64,000 nucleotides of DNA from Octopus sinensis (Eukaryota), in NCBI RefSeq assembly GCF_006345805.1, contig NC_042998.1, forward strand, positions 174,654,001 through 174,718,000, given 5' to 3'. Shown one piece after another: positions 21,736 through 33,827 of this stretch. Both the position numbers and the translations under genes were made by a program. Below the pieces are notes generated by a model. That model saw nothing but the letters and a program-made list of their open reading frames with translations. It searched no databases and was not told the DNA's origin. The first letter of the stretch is position 1, and the number at the start of each line of letters is the position of its first letter.

Positions 21736-22358
21736 AGCTACATGCCTTCACACATGGATAGACAGACAGATAGATGTACACATGGGAAAGTAAATATTAA
21801 ATGGTGATGAGGAAGAGTAGGAGGATTTGGAAGTCCCATTGTCATTGTGACTTCATTTCTACAGAAATAAATATTATGTATATTTTGAGGAATCAGTTGG
21901 TTGAGACGGTTGACATCTGACACTTGGAATGTCTTCATATTCAACTTTTTACATTGTTCAGTCTTACTGTAATAAAAGCCAAGCCTGAGACACAATTAAC
22001 TAACTTTCTTACGTGTAGCCCAAGTGAAACCAAAGACTTAGTGATCAGCAATACAACTGTGCAAATAATAATAAAAAATGTTCAACAATGATATTTTTAC
22101 GTACTAACTATCTCCTAAATTTAGTTTCTCCCAGACCATTATCTTTATCAAAGTAATGTTACAAAAGAAATTGAATGTAGCACTACTCATGCTAACAGGA
22201 ATGAAGAAACTTCTATATCATTGCACAATCTGCAGGAAATTGCAGCTCTGTTTTTCCAACTTTTACCTTACCATCTTAAGAATTGTTAAATAATTATGAT
22301 AATTTGCCTGAAAGGAGTTGTTCTCCAATGACAAAATACAACAGCAATAGCATATTTA

Positions 22359-22758
22359 CCAGTGTTGCCTTACTGGCACTTGTGCCCCATGCAAGTGGGG
22401 TGCTAAGAGCACCATCCAAGCATGATCATTACCAGAGCGGCTGACTGTCTTCCATGCCAATGGCACGTAAAAGGCACCATTCGAGCATGATTGTTGCCTT
22501 ACTGGCACTTGTATGGTGGCACATGAAAAAACATTCGAGCAAGGTCATTGCCAGTACCACCTGACTGGCCCCATGCCAGTGGCACGTAAAAATACCCACT
22601 ACACTCTTGGAGTGGTTGGCATTAGGAAGGGCATCCAGCTGTAGAAACTGCCAGACCAAGATTGGAGCCTGGTGCAGCCATCTGGTTCGCCAGTCCTCAG
22701 TCAAATCGTCCAACCCATGCTAGCATGGAAAGCGGACGTTAAACGATGATGATGATGA
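22359..22758 (+). mobile_element. RTE 3' UTR-derived repeat (family C)
   Basis: Family C body and (GAT)n tail. Confidence 0.85.
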
Positions 22759-24471
22759 CATTGAAATCTGCTGGAATATATTAAGAATGAATGTGAATAT
22801 CATCATTGTGAATCTTGCTGTTCCTCATGCAGATGACAATATATAATCCAGAATATATGTCAGAAAAGAGAATGAGATGACCACAACTTGAATGATGGTC
22901 AAATGATGTCAGACAGCATTTTTCCTAACATGTAATTTATTTTGTTCAGTGAATGTGTTTAGGAGAGATAACTGAATTAGTAAGGGACAAAGTATTTTTC
23001 TACCAAATTAGTAGAAATTGTGAACAAAAAAAGGGTGCAACAACATTTGTAGAGTCATTTGACGAAAAGTAAGAAGGACCTATCGCAAATAATTAGACAA
23101 GAAAATTCGGAGATCATGAAATCGACAATATTCTCATTGAGTTTCCTGAAAGCCATGGTTTTTAAATGTTTCACAGCTGGTGATGTTTGATCTGTTGAAT
23201 GATTTCCCTTATGTGTCATATGAAATGGCCTTGAACCATGTGAGATTTGTTGATTTTGTTGGAACAGATGATTTGAAATGACATGCCAAGGTGGCTAATT
23301 CCAGTGTCATATATAACTGTCTCTATGGAGTTATAAGGGGAGTACATTTTCTAGCGGATCATGTGACTGCACAAAATATTCTTCATTGGCTGGGGTGAGT
23401 CTGTTACTGTTATTTTTGTTCAGCCTAGGTCAAATTTAATTAAGAAGACCAAGGTCTCATATACTCTAAACTTCATAATCTAATGTCTTAAAAAAAAACC
23501 CTGTAAGGAAGATAATACTGTCATGTTTGGAACACGGGTTGATCACGAATGGAATGCCCATAAAAACGACTAGTGGAGGTCATAAGTGGAACGCCTGGGT
23601 GGACTAGGGCTGACCTTAGTATTGAATGAGTTAATTAGGAAAGAAAGAACAACGATATAAGGTTTTCTGAGTGTCGGTGTGGGGTTGCAACCATTCGTGT
23701 CGAAAAGTTTAATGAATTATAATCCTTATGAATATTTTTTTGAGCAGAAGGCAGGGAGTTAATATAAACGTTCTAATATTCCAAACAGAAGAAAAGGGTT
23801 AGATAATATTAGCTGCAGATAGTCTTTATAGAGTTCTTCCCCTTAATTGGAAATTTTCAATAGAATCTTGTATGAGAGAAAAAAAGAATTTGGTGTTGAA
23901 AACCTTAAGTGAACTTGACATCGGTTCTTTATTTTATATAGCACCGCTTTCCGTGTCTTTATATATTTGGAACAAATTTTAAATCTCATATTAACGAATG
24001 CAAGGAAGAAAATGAATTCTTCTCTACATATGTGGTCAGTATTTGTACATAAGTCTTTAAACGTGCCTGTACAACATTTTGTTTTCTCCCCAAATTGTTA
24101 CTCGCCCAGTATATAACATAAAAATAATCAGGTCGACGATTAAATATCTTAGTATATTAGTTATTTGCTTCGAAAAAATACCTAATTTTTCTTTGTAATG
24201 GCACTACTTGGTGACAAGTTTCACTTAACAGCTTCGTTTTCTCCCATGAAGACTTTCGCTTCTTGTCCTTTCGGTCTCGGCTTTCCAGCCGTTTTATAAC
24301 AACTATGAATAAAGAAGAGGAAAAAAGTTATGAAAAAAGAAAAGAAAAAAACAGTTGTATGGTGACATGCTGACAAAAGATCGAAATCATTATCCTACCC
24401 AACGACATCGTCAGGGTCATCTAGTTCTTACAATTATTTTCTGAAAAATATCGGCGGCTCTTATTCATTTT

Positions 24472-24802
24472 CCCCAGTGGTTAGAGCGTCGGGCTCACAA
24501 TCATGAGGTTGTGAGTTCGATTCCCGGACTAGGCTGTATGTTGCGTTTTTGAGCTAGACACTATATTTCATGTTGTTCCAGTTCACTCAGCTGTAGAAAT
24601 GAGATGCGACGTCGCTGCTGCCAAGCTATATCGGCCTTTGCCTTTCCTTTGGATAGCATCGGTGACGCGAAAAGGGGAGACCGGTATGCATGGGCGACTG
24701 CTAGTCTTCCATAAACAACCTTGCCCAGACTTGTGCCTCGGGGGTGTAATTTTCTAGGTGCAATCCTATGGCCAGTCATGACCGAAAGGGGTTTTACTTT
24801 AC
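24472..24802 (+). mobile_element. tRNA-derived SINE family E
   Basis: A-box CAGTGGTTAGAGC, B-box GTTCGATTCC, non-tRNA body, tail GGGGTTTTACTTTAC; the 3' part recurs at 30185-30331. Confidence 0.8.
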
Positions 24803-25346
24803 TATGGTTAAGTGATATCCCCCACCTCATCCTCGAGGCGGTGTCTATGGTCTTCCCAAGCCCTCAAAGACCGGCGAAATTAATGCTGTTAACGTTTCTC
24901 TTAAACTGTTTTAAGTCAACACCTGATAGAGAAACATAGAAAAAAGAAGACTGGATATAGAGGTAAGTGCCAGGCATAATAATGGGTTTAGGTTGGACAC
25001 AGCATGGGTGATAAGAAGAGGGGAGACGAATGAGTCAGTAGTGCCTGAATGGAAGTGGTCCAAGCCAACTCAGAGGAGCAGTGACCTTTGTAACATTGTT
25101 AGAAAAGGCAGAGAGAAAAGCCAACATCTGTGTGGCCAAAGGTTGTAGAGTATCTGCAGATGACACACCAACCGGTCTTTTGGTCTTTCTTGTAACCTTT
25201 TGGTACTTTTCTTTCCCATTTTTGAGGTTAGTAAAGATATATGATGTGATCAAATCAGAAATTTGAAAGAAAACAGCAAATACCAAAATGACCAAAAAAA
25301 TTTATTTGCTGTACACAAGTAAAAATTATATTTCATTAGATAGCTT

Positions 25347-25377
<31 letters not shown>

Positions 25378-25459
25378 GTCCCGGGTTGATCCGGGGTTAA
25401 CCACAGTAAGTAAGGTACTCAATACATAGCAGAGTAAAATTAATTTATTATATAGAAGG

Positions 25460-25510
25460 AGCTTCTACAGGACTAGTACTGTTTCATTCAAGAGAAATCT
25501 TCAGGAAGCT
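25460..25510 (-). ncRNA. Type I hammerhead ribozyme (copy in the inverted arm)
   Basis: Exact reverse complement of 30074-30124. Confidence 0.82.
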
Positions 25511-26361
25511 ATTTAACAAGAATTGTATTAGCATTTATACATTTAGGCAGGTTTAAAGGAGTGGTGGTGGGGGACTTTTTTGGGGGTAGGCATAGCGCAA
25601 AATATCATACTTGGGGGAGTGGTCAAGGAGTCAGTGGTAAGTTAGATGAAAGAATAGATAAATAAAAAAATAAAATAATAAAAAAATAAAAAAATAAAAA
25701 AATAAAATAAATAAAAAAATAAAAAATAAAAAATAAAAAATAAAAAAATAGAAAAAATAAAATGTGTGCACATACATACATAAACACATATACATACACA
25801 CACACATACGTACACATGTGTGCCTATACATACCTACACATACACACATACACATACATATATATATATATATATACACCACATATATATATATTATTAT
25901 AATAATATATATATACATATATATATATATACACACAATCCAATACAGGCCCATTCCCTAATTTTAATTTTATTATCTTCATTTATTACTTTTGTTATCT
26001 TTGATCGCTAGAGCTAAGGATCCTGGCGATGGCAGCATGTCCAAATTGTCTGTCTACTAGAAGGCAAGTGCTCGTTCCCGCACGCACACTCATTAGCACG
26101 TACATACACCCATTTGTACACTCATACACATACACGTACGCACGCGTTATATTCATACATACAAACATCTACATACGTTCACGTATATACACATACGTAC
26201 TCGTACCTACAGATTCATGTCTACACTTTAGGAGGCTAGTCTATATATATACACCAATAAATATACATATATATATATATATACATACATATATATATAT
26301 ATACACATATACACATACACACACACACGCACATATATATACTCCTACATACAGATACATA

Positions 26362-26407
<46 letters not shown>

Positions 26408-26447
26408 CACACATCCATGTACATATATATATATATATATATATATA

Positions 26448-27052
26448 CACTTCCCCACCCAACATAAGTACTACACTATCCTAAATAAGAACACTATTAG
26501 ACTCTCCTACTCTACCACGCCCAATCTAGCCAGGAACCTAGCCAACAACAATGTGAAAAAACTTAACATATCTACTTTCTCCGGGGCCCATCCAACGTCC
26601 GATAGCAGTTGCAACTGCCATGATAAAACCACCTGCCCCCTCAACAACAACTGCCTACAGAGGGACCTAGTATATAAATGCGAGGTAAGATCAGGCCTTG
26701 ACGATAAAAGTAAATCCTACATTGGAATGACGTCAAACAGCTTTAAGACCCGCTGGTACGCACATACACACTCGTTCCGGCGACAGGATAAATCCAACCA
26801 AACTACCCTCGCCGCCCACATCTGGTACCTTAAAAGGAACTCAATCCCCTTCAAGACCAAGTGGAAACTACTACAGAAGGCGCGCTCGTACACAGGAGGA
26901 CATACCTGCTGTGACCTATGCATATCAGAGAGCCTAGAGATCTTGTTCGCCAAAGGCCCTCTCCTTAACAAATTTCAGAACACTCCCCTAATTGCATGCA
27001 TAAGAAGTATGCGAACTACAAGAACTATAGACCTACCCGGCAACCTGATTGA
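26448..27052 (+). pseudogene. Penelope-type linker plus GIY-YIG endonuclease, C-terminal ORF remnant
   Basis: [44 protein letters not shown]...[24 protein letters not shown] one-base gap near 26973-26975 shifts the expected end [15 protein letters not shown]...* (stop 27050-27052); the uncorrected frame runs to 27125. Confidence 0.88.
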
Positions 27053-27139
27053 TGACAACCCCCCCCCCTACAAACCCCCCCAACCCCACTGTTCCCCTAG
27101 CACCCCCGATTACCTTTTCTCCTAAGACCTTTCACATAT

Positions 27140-27288
27140 TGTATGTGCACGCTTGTATATGGGTATCGTATGTATGTATATATGTATAGAAATGCATGGG
27201 TACAGTAGGAATATACGCATGTATTATGTGTGTGTGTGTGTATGTATGCATGTAAAAAAATATATATATGTATATGTGTTTGCATATA

Positions 27289-27325
<37 letters not shown>

Positions 27326-27840
27326 GCTTGTATGTGTGCGTGTGTGTGTATATATGTATATGTGTTTGTACGTATATGTGTATATACGTGTAAATGTATG
27401 TGTTTCTGTATGTGTATGTATGTATAAAATATTATATAATTAGGGCTTAGTAAAATAAAATAAAATAAATTACTTTGCCACATACTAAACTTTCTAGAAA
27501 TAGCAGCCAATAAAGGTTTTTAGCCTCTTCCACTACTTAGAGAATTTTTTCCCTCTAACATTGTTTACTCAAAATAATAATGGTCCCTTTACATACTGAA
27601 TTCTTGGTGAAGTTGATTAATAACTAATTAACTTTACCCTCCCTTGTTGATATATATATGTATGTGTATGTGTACATGTATGTATATATATGTGTGTGTG
27701 TGTATGTGTGTATGTATGTATTTGTATATGTGTGTGTGTATATGTATGTGCGCGCGTGTATGTGTATGCATGTGTATGTATATTTGTATATGTATGTGCA
27801 TGTGTATGTATATGTGTATATATATGTATATGTATGTATA

Positions 27841-27877
<37 letters not shown>

Positions 27878-28043
27878 ATGTATATGTATGTATATATGTG
27901 TGTGTATATGTGTATTATGTATGTATTTATATAGATATGTAATTTTTATATATGTATGTATGTATATGCATCTGTCTGTGTGTGTGTATGTGTATATATG
28001 TGTATCATTATTGCGTATGTATACATGTATATGTGTATATGTA

Positions 28044-28098
<55 letters not shown>

Positions 28099-28307
28099 GG
28101 GGGTATATGTATGTGTATATATATATATATATATATATGTGTATGTATATGTATGTGTATGTGTATATATATATATATATGTATGTGTGTATGTGTATAT
28201 ATGTATGTATATGTGTATGTGTGTGTACATGTATATATATGTGTGTGTGTATATATATATATGTTTATATGTGAGTATGTAGAGATATAAGTATATGCAT
28301 GTGTATA

Positions 28308-28357
<50 letters not shown>

Positions 28358-28443
28358 GGTATGTGTATCCGTGTATATATGTATGTGTGTGTGTATGTAT
28401 GTATGTGTGTATATATGTATGTGTATATGTGTATGTGTGTGTA

Positions 28444-28487
<44 letters not shown>

Positions 28488-28577
28488 GGTGTATGTGTAT
28501 GTGTGTGTATGTGTGCATGTATGTGTATGTGTATATGTGTATATATATGTATGTGTATATGTATGTATATGTGTGTA

Positions 28578-28637
<60 letters not shown>

Positions 28638-28823
28638 GTATATGTATGTATGTGTATGTGTGTATATATATATGTATATATGAGTGCGCGTGTGTGTATG
28701 TATGCATATATGTATGTATGCATGTATATGTGTATGTATATATGTGTGGAAGTGTGTGCATATATGTATATGTAAGTATGTGCGCGTGTATGAGTATGTA
28801 TGTATGTGTGAGTGTGTATATAT

Positions 28824-28855
<32 letters not shown>

Positions 28856-29169
28856 GATGGGGGTGTGTGTATGCGTATAAGTGCATGTAAGTATGGATGT
28901 ATGGATGTATGTATGTATGTTTACGTATGTATGTGTTTGTGTGTATATGTATGTAGGTGTGTGTATGTATGTGTGTATATATGTATATATATATATATAT
29001 GTGTGTATATATGTTTGTGTATGTATATATATGTGTATGTATGTGTGTGTATATATATGGGTGTGTGTGTATGTATGTATGTATATGTATATATATGTAT
29101 GTATGTATATATATATATATATATGTATGTATATATATATATATATATATATATGTACATGGATGTGTG

Positions 29170-29225
<56 letters not shown>

Positions 29226-29340
29226 TATGTATCTGTATGTAGGAGTATATATATGTGCGTGTGTGTGTGTATGTGTATATGTGTATATATATATATGTAT
29301 GTATATATATATATATATGTATATTTATTGGTGTATATAT
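27140..29340. repeat. Very long degenerate (TA)/(TG)/(TATG)n microsatellite tract inside the Penelope 3' region
   Basis: Direct reading; interrupted by unique sequence at about 27440-27650. Confidence 0.95.
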
Positions 29341-30073
29341 ATAGACTAGCCTCCTAAAGTGTAGACATGAATCTGTAGGTACGAGTACGTATGTGTATAT
29401 ACGTGAACGTATGTAGATGTTTGTATGTATGAATATAACGCGTGCGTACGTGTATGTGTATGAGTGTACAAATGGGTGTATGTACGTGCTAATGAGTGTG
29501 CGTGCGGGAACGAGCACTTGCCTTCTAGTAGACAGACAATTTGGACATGCTGCCATCGCCAGGATCCTTAGCTCTAGCGATCAAAGATAACAAAAGTAAT
29601 AAATGAAGATAATAAAATTAAAATTAGGGAATGGGCCTGTATTGGATTGTGTGTATATATATATATATGTATATATATATATGTATATATATATATATGT
29701 GTGTGTATATATATATATATATATATGTATGTGTATGTGTGTATGTGTAGGTATGTATAGGCACACATGTGTACGTATGTGTGTGTGTATGTATATGTGT
29801 TTATGTATGTATGTGCACACATTTTATTTTTTCTATTTTTTATTTTTTATTTTTTATTTTTTATTTTTTATTTTTTATTTTATTTTTTATTTTTTTATTT
29901 TTTTATTATTTTATTTTTTTATTTATCTATTCTTTCATCTAACTTACCACTGACTCCTTGACCACTCCCCCAAGTATGATATTTTGCGCTATGCCTACCC
30001 CCAAAAAAGTCCCCCACCACCACTCCTTTAAACCTGCCTAAATGTATAAATGCTAATACAATTCTTGTTAAAT

Positions 30074-30124
30074 AGCTTCCTGAAGATTTCTCTTGAATGA
30101 AACAGTACTAGTCCTGTAGAAGCT
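30074..30124 (+). ncRNA. Type I hammerhead ribozyme
   Basis: Stem I AGCUUC/GAAGCU; core CUGAAGA (30080-30086); short stem II (U)UUC-UCUU-GAA(U); GAAA (30099-30102); stem III ACAG...CUGU in near-palindromic ACAGuACUAGUcCUGU; predicted cleavage after GUA at 30118. Confidence 0.85.
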
Positions 30125-30135
30125 CCTTCTATATA

Positions 30136-30184
<49 letters not shown>

Positions 30185-30186
<2 letters not shown>

Positions 30187-30331
30187 CAGTGATGCGAGGA
30201 GGGGAGGCTGGTATGCATGGGTGACTGCTGGTCTTCCATAAACAATCTTGTCCAGACTTGTGCTTCGGTGGGTAACTTTCTTGGTGCAATCCCATGGCTA
30301 ATTATGACCAAAGGGGTTTTTACTTACTTTA
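30185..30331 (+). mobile_element. SINE family E, 3' part
   Basis: Aligns to 24658-24802. Confidence 0.75.
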
Positions 30332-30363
30332 CTAGGATTAAGAGATATTGCCAGTCTCTATGG

Positions 30364-30652
30364 CAGGCCTGGCCAATTCAAATTACATTTCAGGCCACTT
30401 GTATACTGACAGAATTGAAAGCATTTTGCTTTCTGAGGCTGTTATCACAATAATGAATGAATGATTGTTGATTCAACATGAAATATTATTGTTGCAAAAA
30501 CAGTAGTATCTTTCCTTTTTACTTTTCATTACAATCTCTAATTTTGATAAAATTTTTAAAATGTTTATTTAAATAAACCCTTTTCAAGAAAGTATCAAGT
30601 GGGCCACAAGATAAAAGTCTGTGGCCGGCAGGCTTCAGGTTAGCCAGCCCTG
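30364..30652. mobile_element. hAT-type MITE
   Basis: Termini CAGGCCTGGCCAA / TTAGCCAGCCCTG; 8-bp TSD CTCTATGG (30356-30363) / GTCTATGG (30653-30660). Confidence 0.7.
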
Positions 30653-30689
30653 GTCTATGGTCTTCCCAAGCCTTCAAAGACATAGGCAT

Positions 30690-31101
30690 ACTCTTTACTC
30701 TCTTTTACTCTTTTACTTGTTTCAGTCATTTGACTGTGGCTATGCTGGAGCACTGCCTTTAGTTGAGCAAATCAATCCCAGGACTTATTCTTTGTAAGCC
30801 TAGTACTTATTCTATCAATCTCTTTTGCCAAACCGCTAAGTTACGGGGACATAAAGACACCACCATTGGTTGTCAAGCGATGTTGGGGGAGACAAACACA
30901 CACACACATATATATCTATATATATATACATATACATATATATGATGGGCTTCTTTCAGTTTCCGTCTACCAAATCCACTCACAAGGCTTTGGTCAGCCC
31001 GAGGATATAGTAGAAGACACTTGCCCAAGGTACCATGCAGTGGAACTGGAACCATGTGGTTGGTAAGCAAGCTACTTACCACACAGCCACTCCTGCACCT
31101 A
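30690..31101 (-). mobile_element. SINE family B, full length
   Basis: Same structure as 19094-19490, head intact (GGTGCAGGAGTGGCTGTGTGGTAAG on the minus strand). Confidence 0.9.
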
Positions 31102-31467
31102 CGGCATAACTGTATTGTTAAAATGTTTGCTTCCCAGTCATAGTTTCAAGTTCAGTTTCACTGTATGGCAATTTGGGCAAGTGGCCAAACAAAGTCATGT
31201 GAATGGATTTGGAAGACAGAAACTGAAAGAAGCTCACACTGTGTGTGTGTGTGGTGGGAGCTGGCAGAATCTTTAGCATGTCTGATAAAATGCTTTATGG
31301 CATTTCTTCTGGCTTTATGTTCTGAGTTCAAATTCTGTTGAGATCAACTTTGCCTTTCATCTTTTCAGAGTCAATGAAATAAGTATCAATTAAGCAGTGG
31401 GATTGATGTAATTAATTAGTTCCCTTCCTGCCAAAATTTTAGACCCTGTGCCTATAGTAGAAAGGAT
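31102..31467 (+). mobile_element. Diverged family B head followed by a diverged family A copy
   Basis: 31102-31240 B-like head; 31253-31467 A-like with the GTGCCTATAGTAGAAAG tail. Confidence 0.65.
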
Positions 31468-31488
31468 ATATATATATATATATATATA

Positions 31489-32865
31489 TTCTTTTACTTT
31501 TTTCAGTCATTTGACTGCAGCCATGCTAAAGCACTGCCTTAGAAGGTTTTTAGTTGAAGAAAGAGACCCCCAGGACTTATTCTTTGTGAGCCTAGTATTT
31601 ATTCTATTGTTCCCTTTTGCTGAACTGCTAAGTTATAGGGATGTAAAGACACTAACATTGGTTGTCAAGCGATGGCATGAGGACAACCACAGAGACAAAG
31701 ACACACACATAAATACATACATACATACATGCGCCGGTGGCACATGAATATCGAACCAAATATCAATGGAAACAGTAGTTGTGATACCTCAACCCCCGCC
31801 TCGAATGGCTTCCGTGTCGGTGGCACATGAATATCGAACCAAATATCAATGGAAACAGTAGTTGTGATACCTGTGCCAGTGACACATAAAAAGCACCATC
31901 CGAACGTGGCCGTTGCCAGTGCAGCCTCCACTGGCTTCTGTGCCGGTGGCACATAAAAAGCACCATCCGAACGTGACCGATGCCAACCCTGCCTCAAATG
32001 GCTTCTGTGCCGGTGGCACATAAAAAGCAACAACCCTGCCTCGAATGGCTCCTGTGCCGGTGGCACATAAAAAGCAACGCCCGAACGTGGCCAACCGATC
32101 GTGGGATCCCGGAACATCTCGCTGTGCGCTGTGCTTGAGGAGACCTGTTGAGTCAAGTGCATGGGCATGTACATGAACATCGAACCAAATATCAATGGAA
32201 ACAGCAGTAGCTGTGATACCTGTGCCGGTGACACATAAAAAGCACCATCTGAACGTGGCCGTCGCTAGTGCAGCCTCCACTGGCTTCTGTGCCGGTGGCA
32301 CATAAAAGGCACCATCCGAACGTGACCGATGCCAACCCCGCCTCGAATGGGTTCTGTGCCGGTAGCACATAAAAAGCAACATCCGAACGTGACCGATGCC
32401 AGCACGGCCTTGACTGGCTTCTGTGCCGGTAGCACAAAAAAAAAAAAAAAAAAAAAAAAAAAAGCACCAACTGATCGTGGCCGATGCCAGACCCCTCTGG
32501 CACCTGTGCAGGTGGCACGTAAAAAGCACCCACTACACTCGCGGAGTGGTTGGCGTTAGGAAGGGCATCCAGCTGTAGAAACACTGCCAGATCAGACTGG
32601 AGCCTGGGGCAGCCCCTGGCTCCCCAGACCCCGGTCGAACCGTCCAACCCGTGCTAGCGCGGAAAACGGACGTTAAACGATGATGATATATATATATATA
32701 TATATACAACAGACTTCTTTCAGTTTCCGTCTACCAAATCCACTCATAAGGCTTTGGTCAGCCTGTAGCTATAGTAGAAGACACTTGCCCAGGGTGCCAT
32801 GCAGTGGGACTGAAGCTGGAGCCATGTGGTTGAGAAGCAGGCTTCTTATCACACAGCCTTGCCAG
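31489..32865 (-). mobile_element. Family B SINE split by a family C insertion
   Basis: Tail half at 31489-31730 and head half at 32688-32865, both on the minus strand, meeting at the internal microsatellite. Confidence 0.8.
31731..32687 (+). mobile_element. RTE 3' UTR-derived repeat (family C) with expanded minisatellite
   Basis: About ten GTGCCGGTGGCAC-anchored units, including a duplicated ~200-bp block (from ~31825 vs from ~32172), then the family C 3' end and (GAT)n. Confidence 0.88.
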
Positions 32866-33433
32866 AGCCTATATATATAAAATATGCATGTTTGTATTTG
32901 TGTGTGCATGTTTTTGTCTTGACATTGTCTCACCATCATACATACAGTGTCATACATTTCCAATCTCCTGTAAAAAAAAAAATGACAGACCATGAAGAAA
33001 TATTCTGCTGCTTGAAGCAATTGAGGATTTGTGGCTGGAAGGGCATCTGGTTATAAAAAATTTCCTTAAACAAATTCCATCTGACCCATGCTACCATGGA
33101 AAAGCAGGCAGTGGCAAAATGCAAGAAATACTTAAAAGTAACTTTCTTAAATTAAATTTTCATATAGGGAATCACAGAGTTAAATTTTATAGACTCTATA
33201 ACTTTTTCATTCTCCAAAGCTGCTTGAGAGTACTTCTTGCATTTTACCATCATAAATTATTGGTGAACATGAAACAAAAGTCATTAGATAACATGCAGAT
33301 TATATCTAGAGTTAACGAACTTAATAACCAGTTGCCGAAATGTTTGTAAAAACTGGGTAAGAGAGTGACTGCTATCAAAAACAAAAATTAATTGTCAAAT
33401 CTCACAGCATGTCATAGCCTCTACTTTTCCTTC

Positions 33434-33827
33434 TTGAGACACAAAACTCTGCTTGTGAAGACCTGTTGAGGCAATTGAAATCGAAATCGCTCAAAAATCA
33501 ATGGAAATTGTAGTTGTGATACCAGTGCCAGTGGCACCTAAAAGAACCATCCGAACGTGGCCGTTGCCAGCACCGCCCCGACTGGCCTCCGTGCCGGTGG
33601 CATGTAAAAAGCACCAACTGATCGTGGCCATTGCCAGCCTTGCCTGGCACGTAAAAAGCACCCACTACACTCACAGAGTGGTTGGCGTTAGGAAGGGCAT
33701 CCAGCTGTAGAAGCACTGCCAGATCAGACTGGGCCTGGTGCAGCCTCCTGGCTTCCCAGACCCCAGTCGAACTGCCCAACCCATGCTAGCATGGAAAGCG
33801 GACGTTAAACGATGATGATGATGATGA
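33434..33827 (+). mobile_element. RTE 3' UTR-derived repeat (family C)
   Basis: Starts ...GAAGACCTGTTGAG as in the UTR of the 61030 LINE; (GAT)n tail. Confidence 0.88.

Larger units (their letters stand above)
25372..30141 (+). mobile_element. Penelope-like retroelement, 5'-truncated, with inverted pseudo-LTR arms, inserted in (TA)n
   Basis: Left arm 25443-~26447 is the reverse complement of right arm ~29127-30141 (unique parts look identical); GIY-YIG ORF remnant at 26448-27052; a hammerhead in each arm; (TA)n on both flanks. Confidence 0.9.

Noticed and set aside
25623-29961. Dozens of 60-309 aa ORFs rich in Y/I/C/V/M or H/T/Y/I
   Set aside because: Translations of TA/TG/CA microsatellites, which lack stop codons by composition.
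31731-32530. CRISPR-like repeat-spacer look (also 61699-62180)
   Set aside because: The variable parts are homologous to each other, there are no cas genes, the context is eukaryotic, and the array is part of an RTE 3' UTR.
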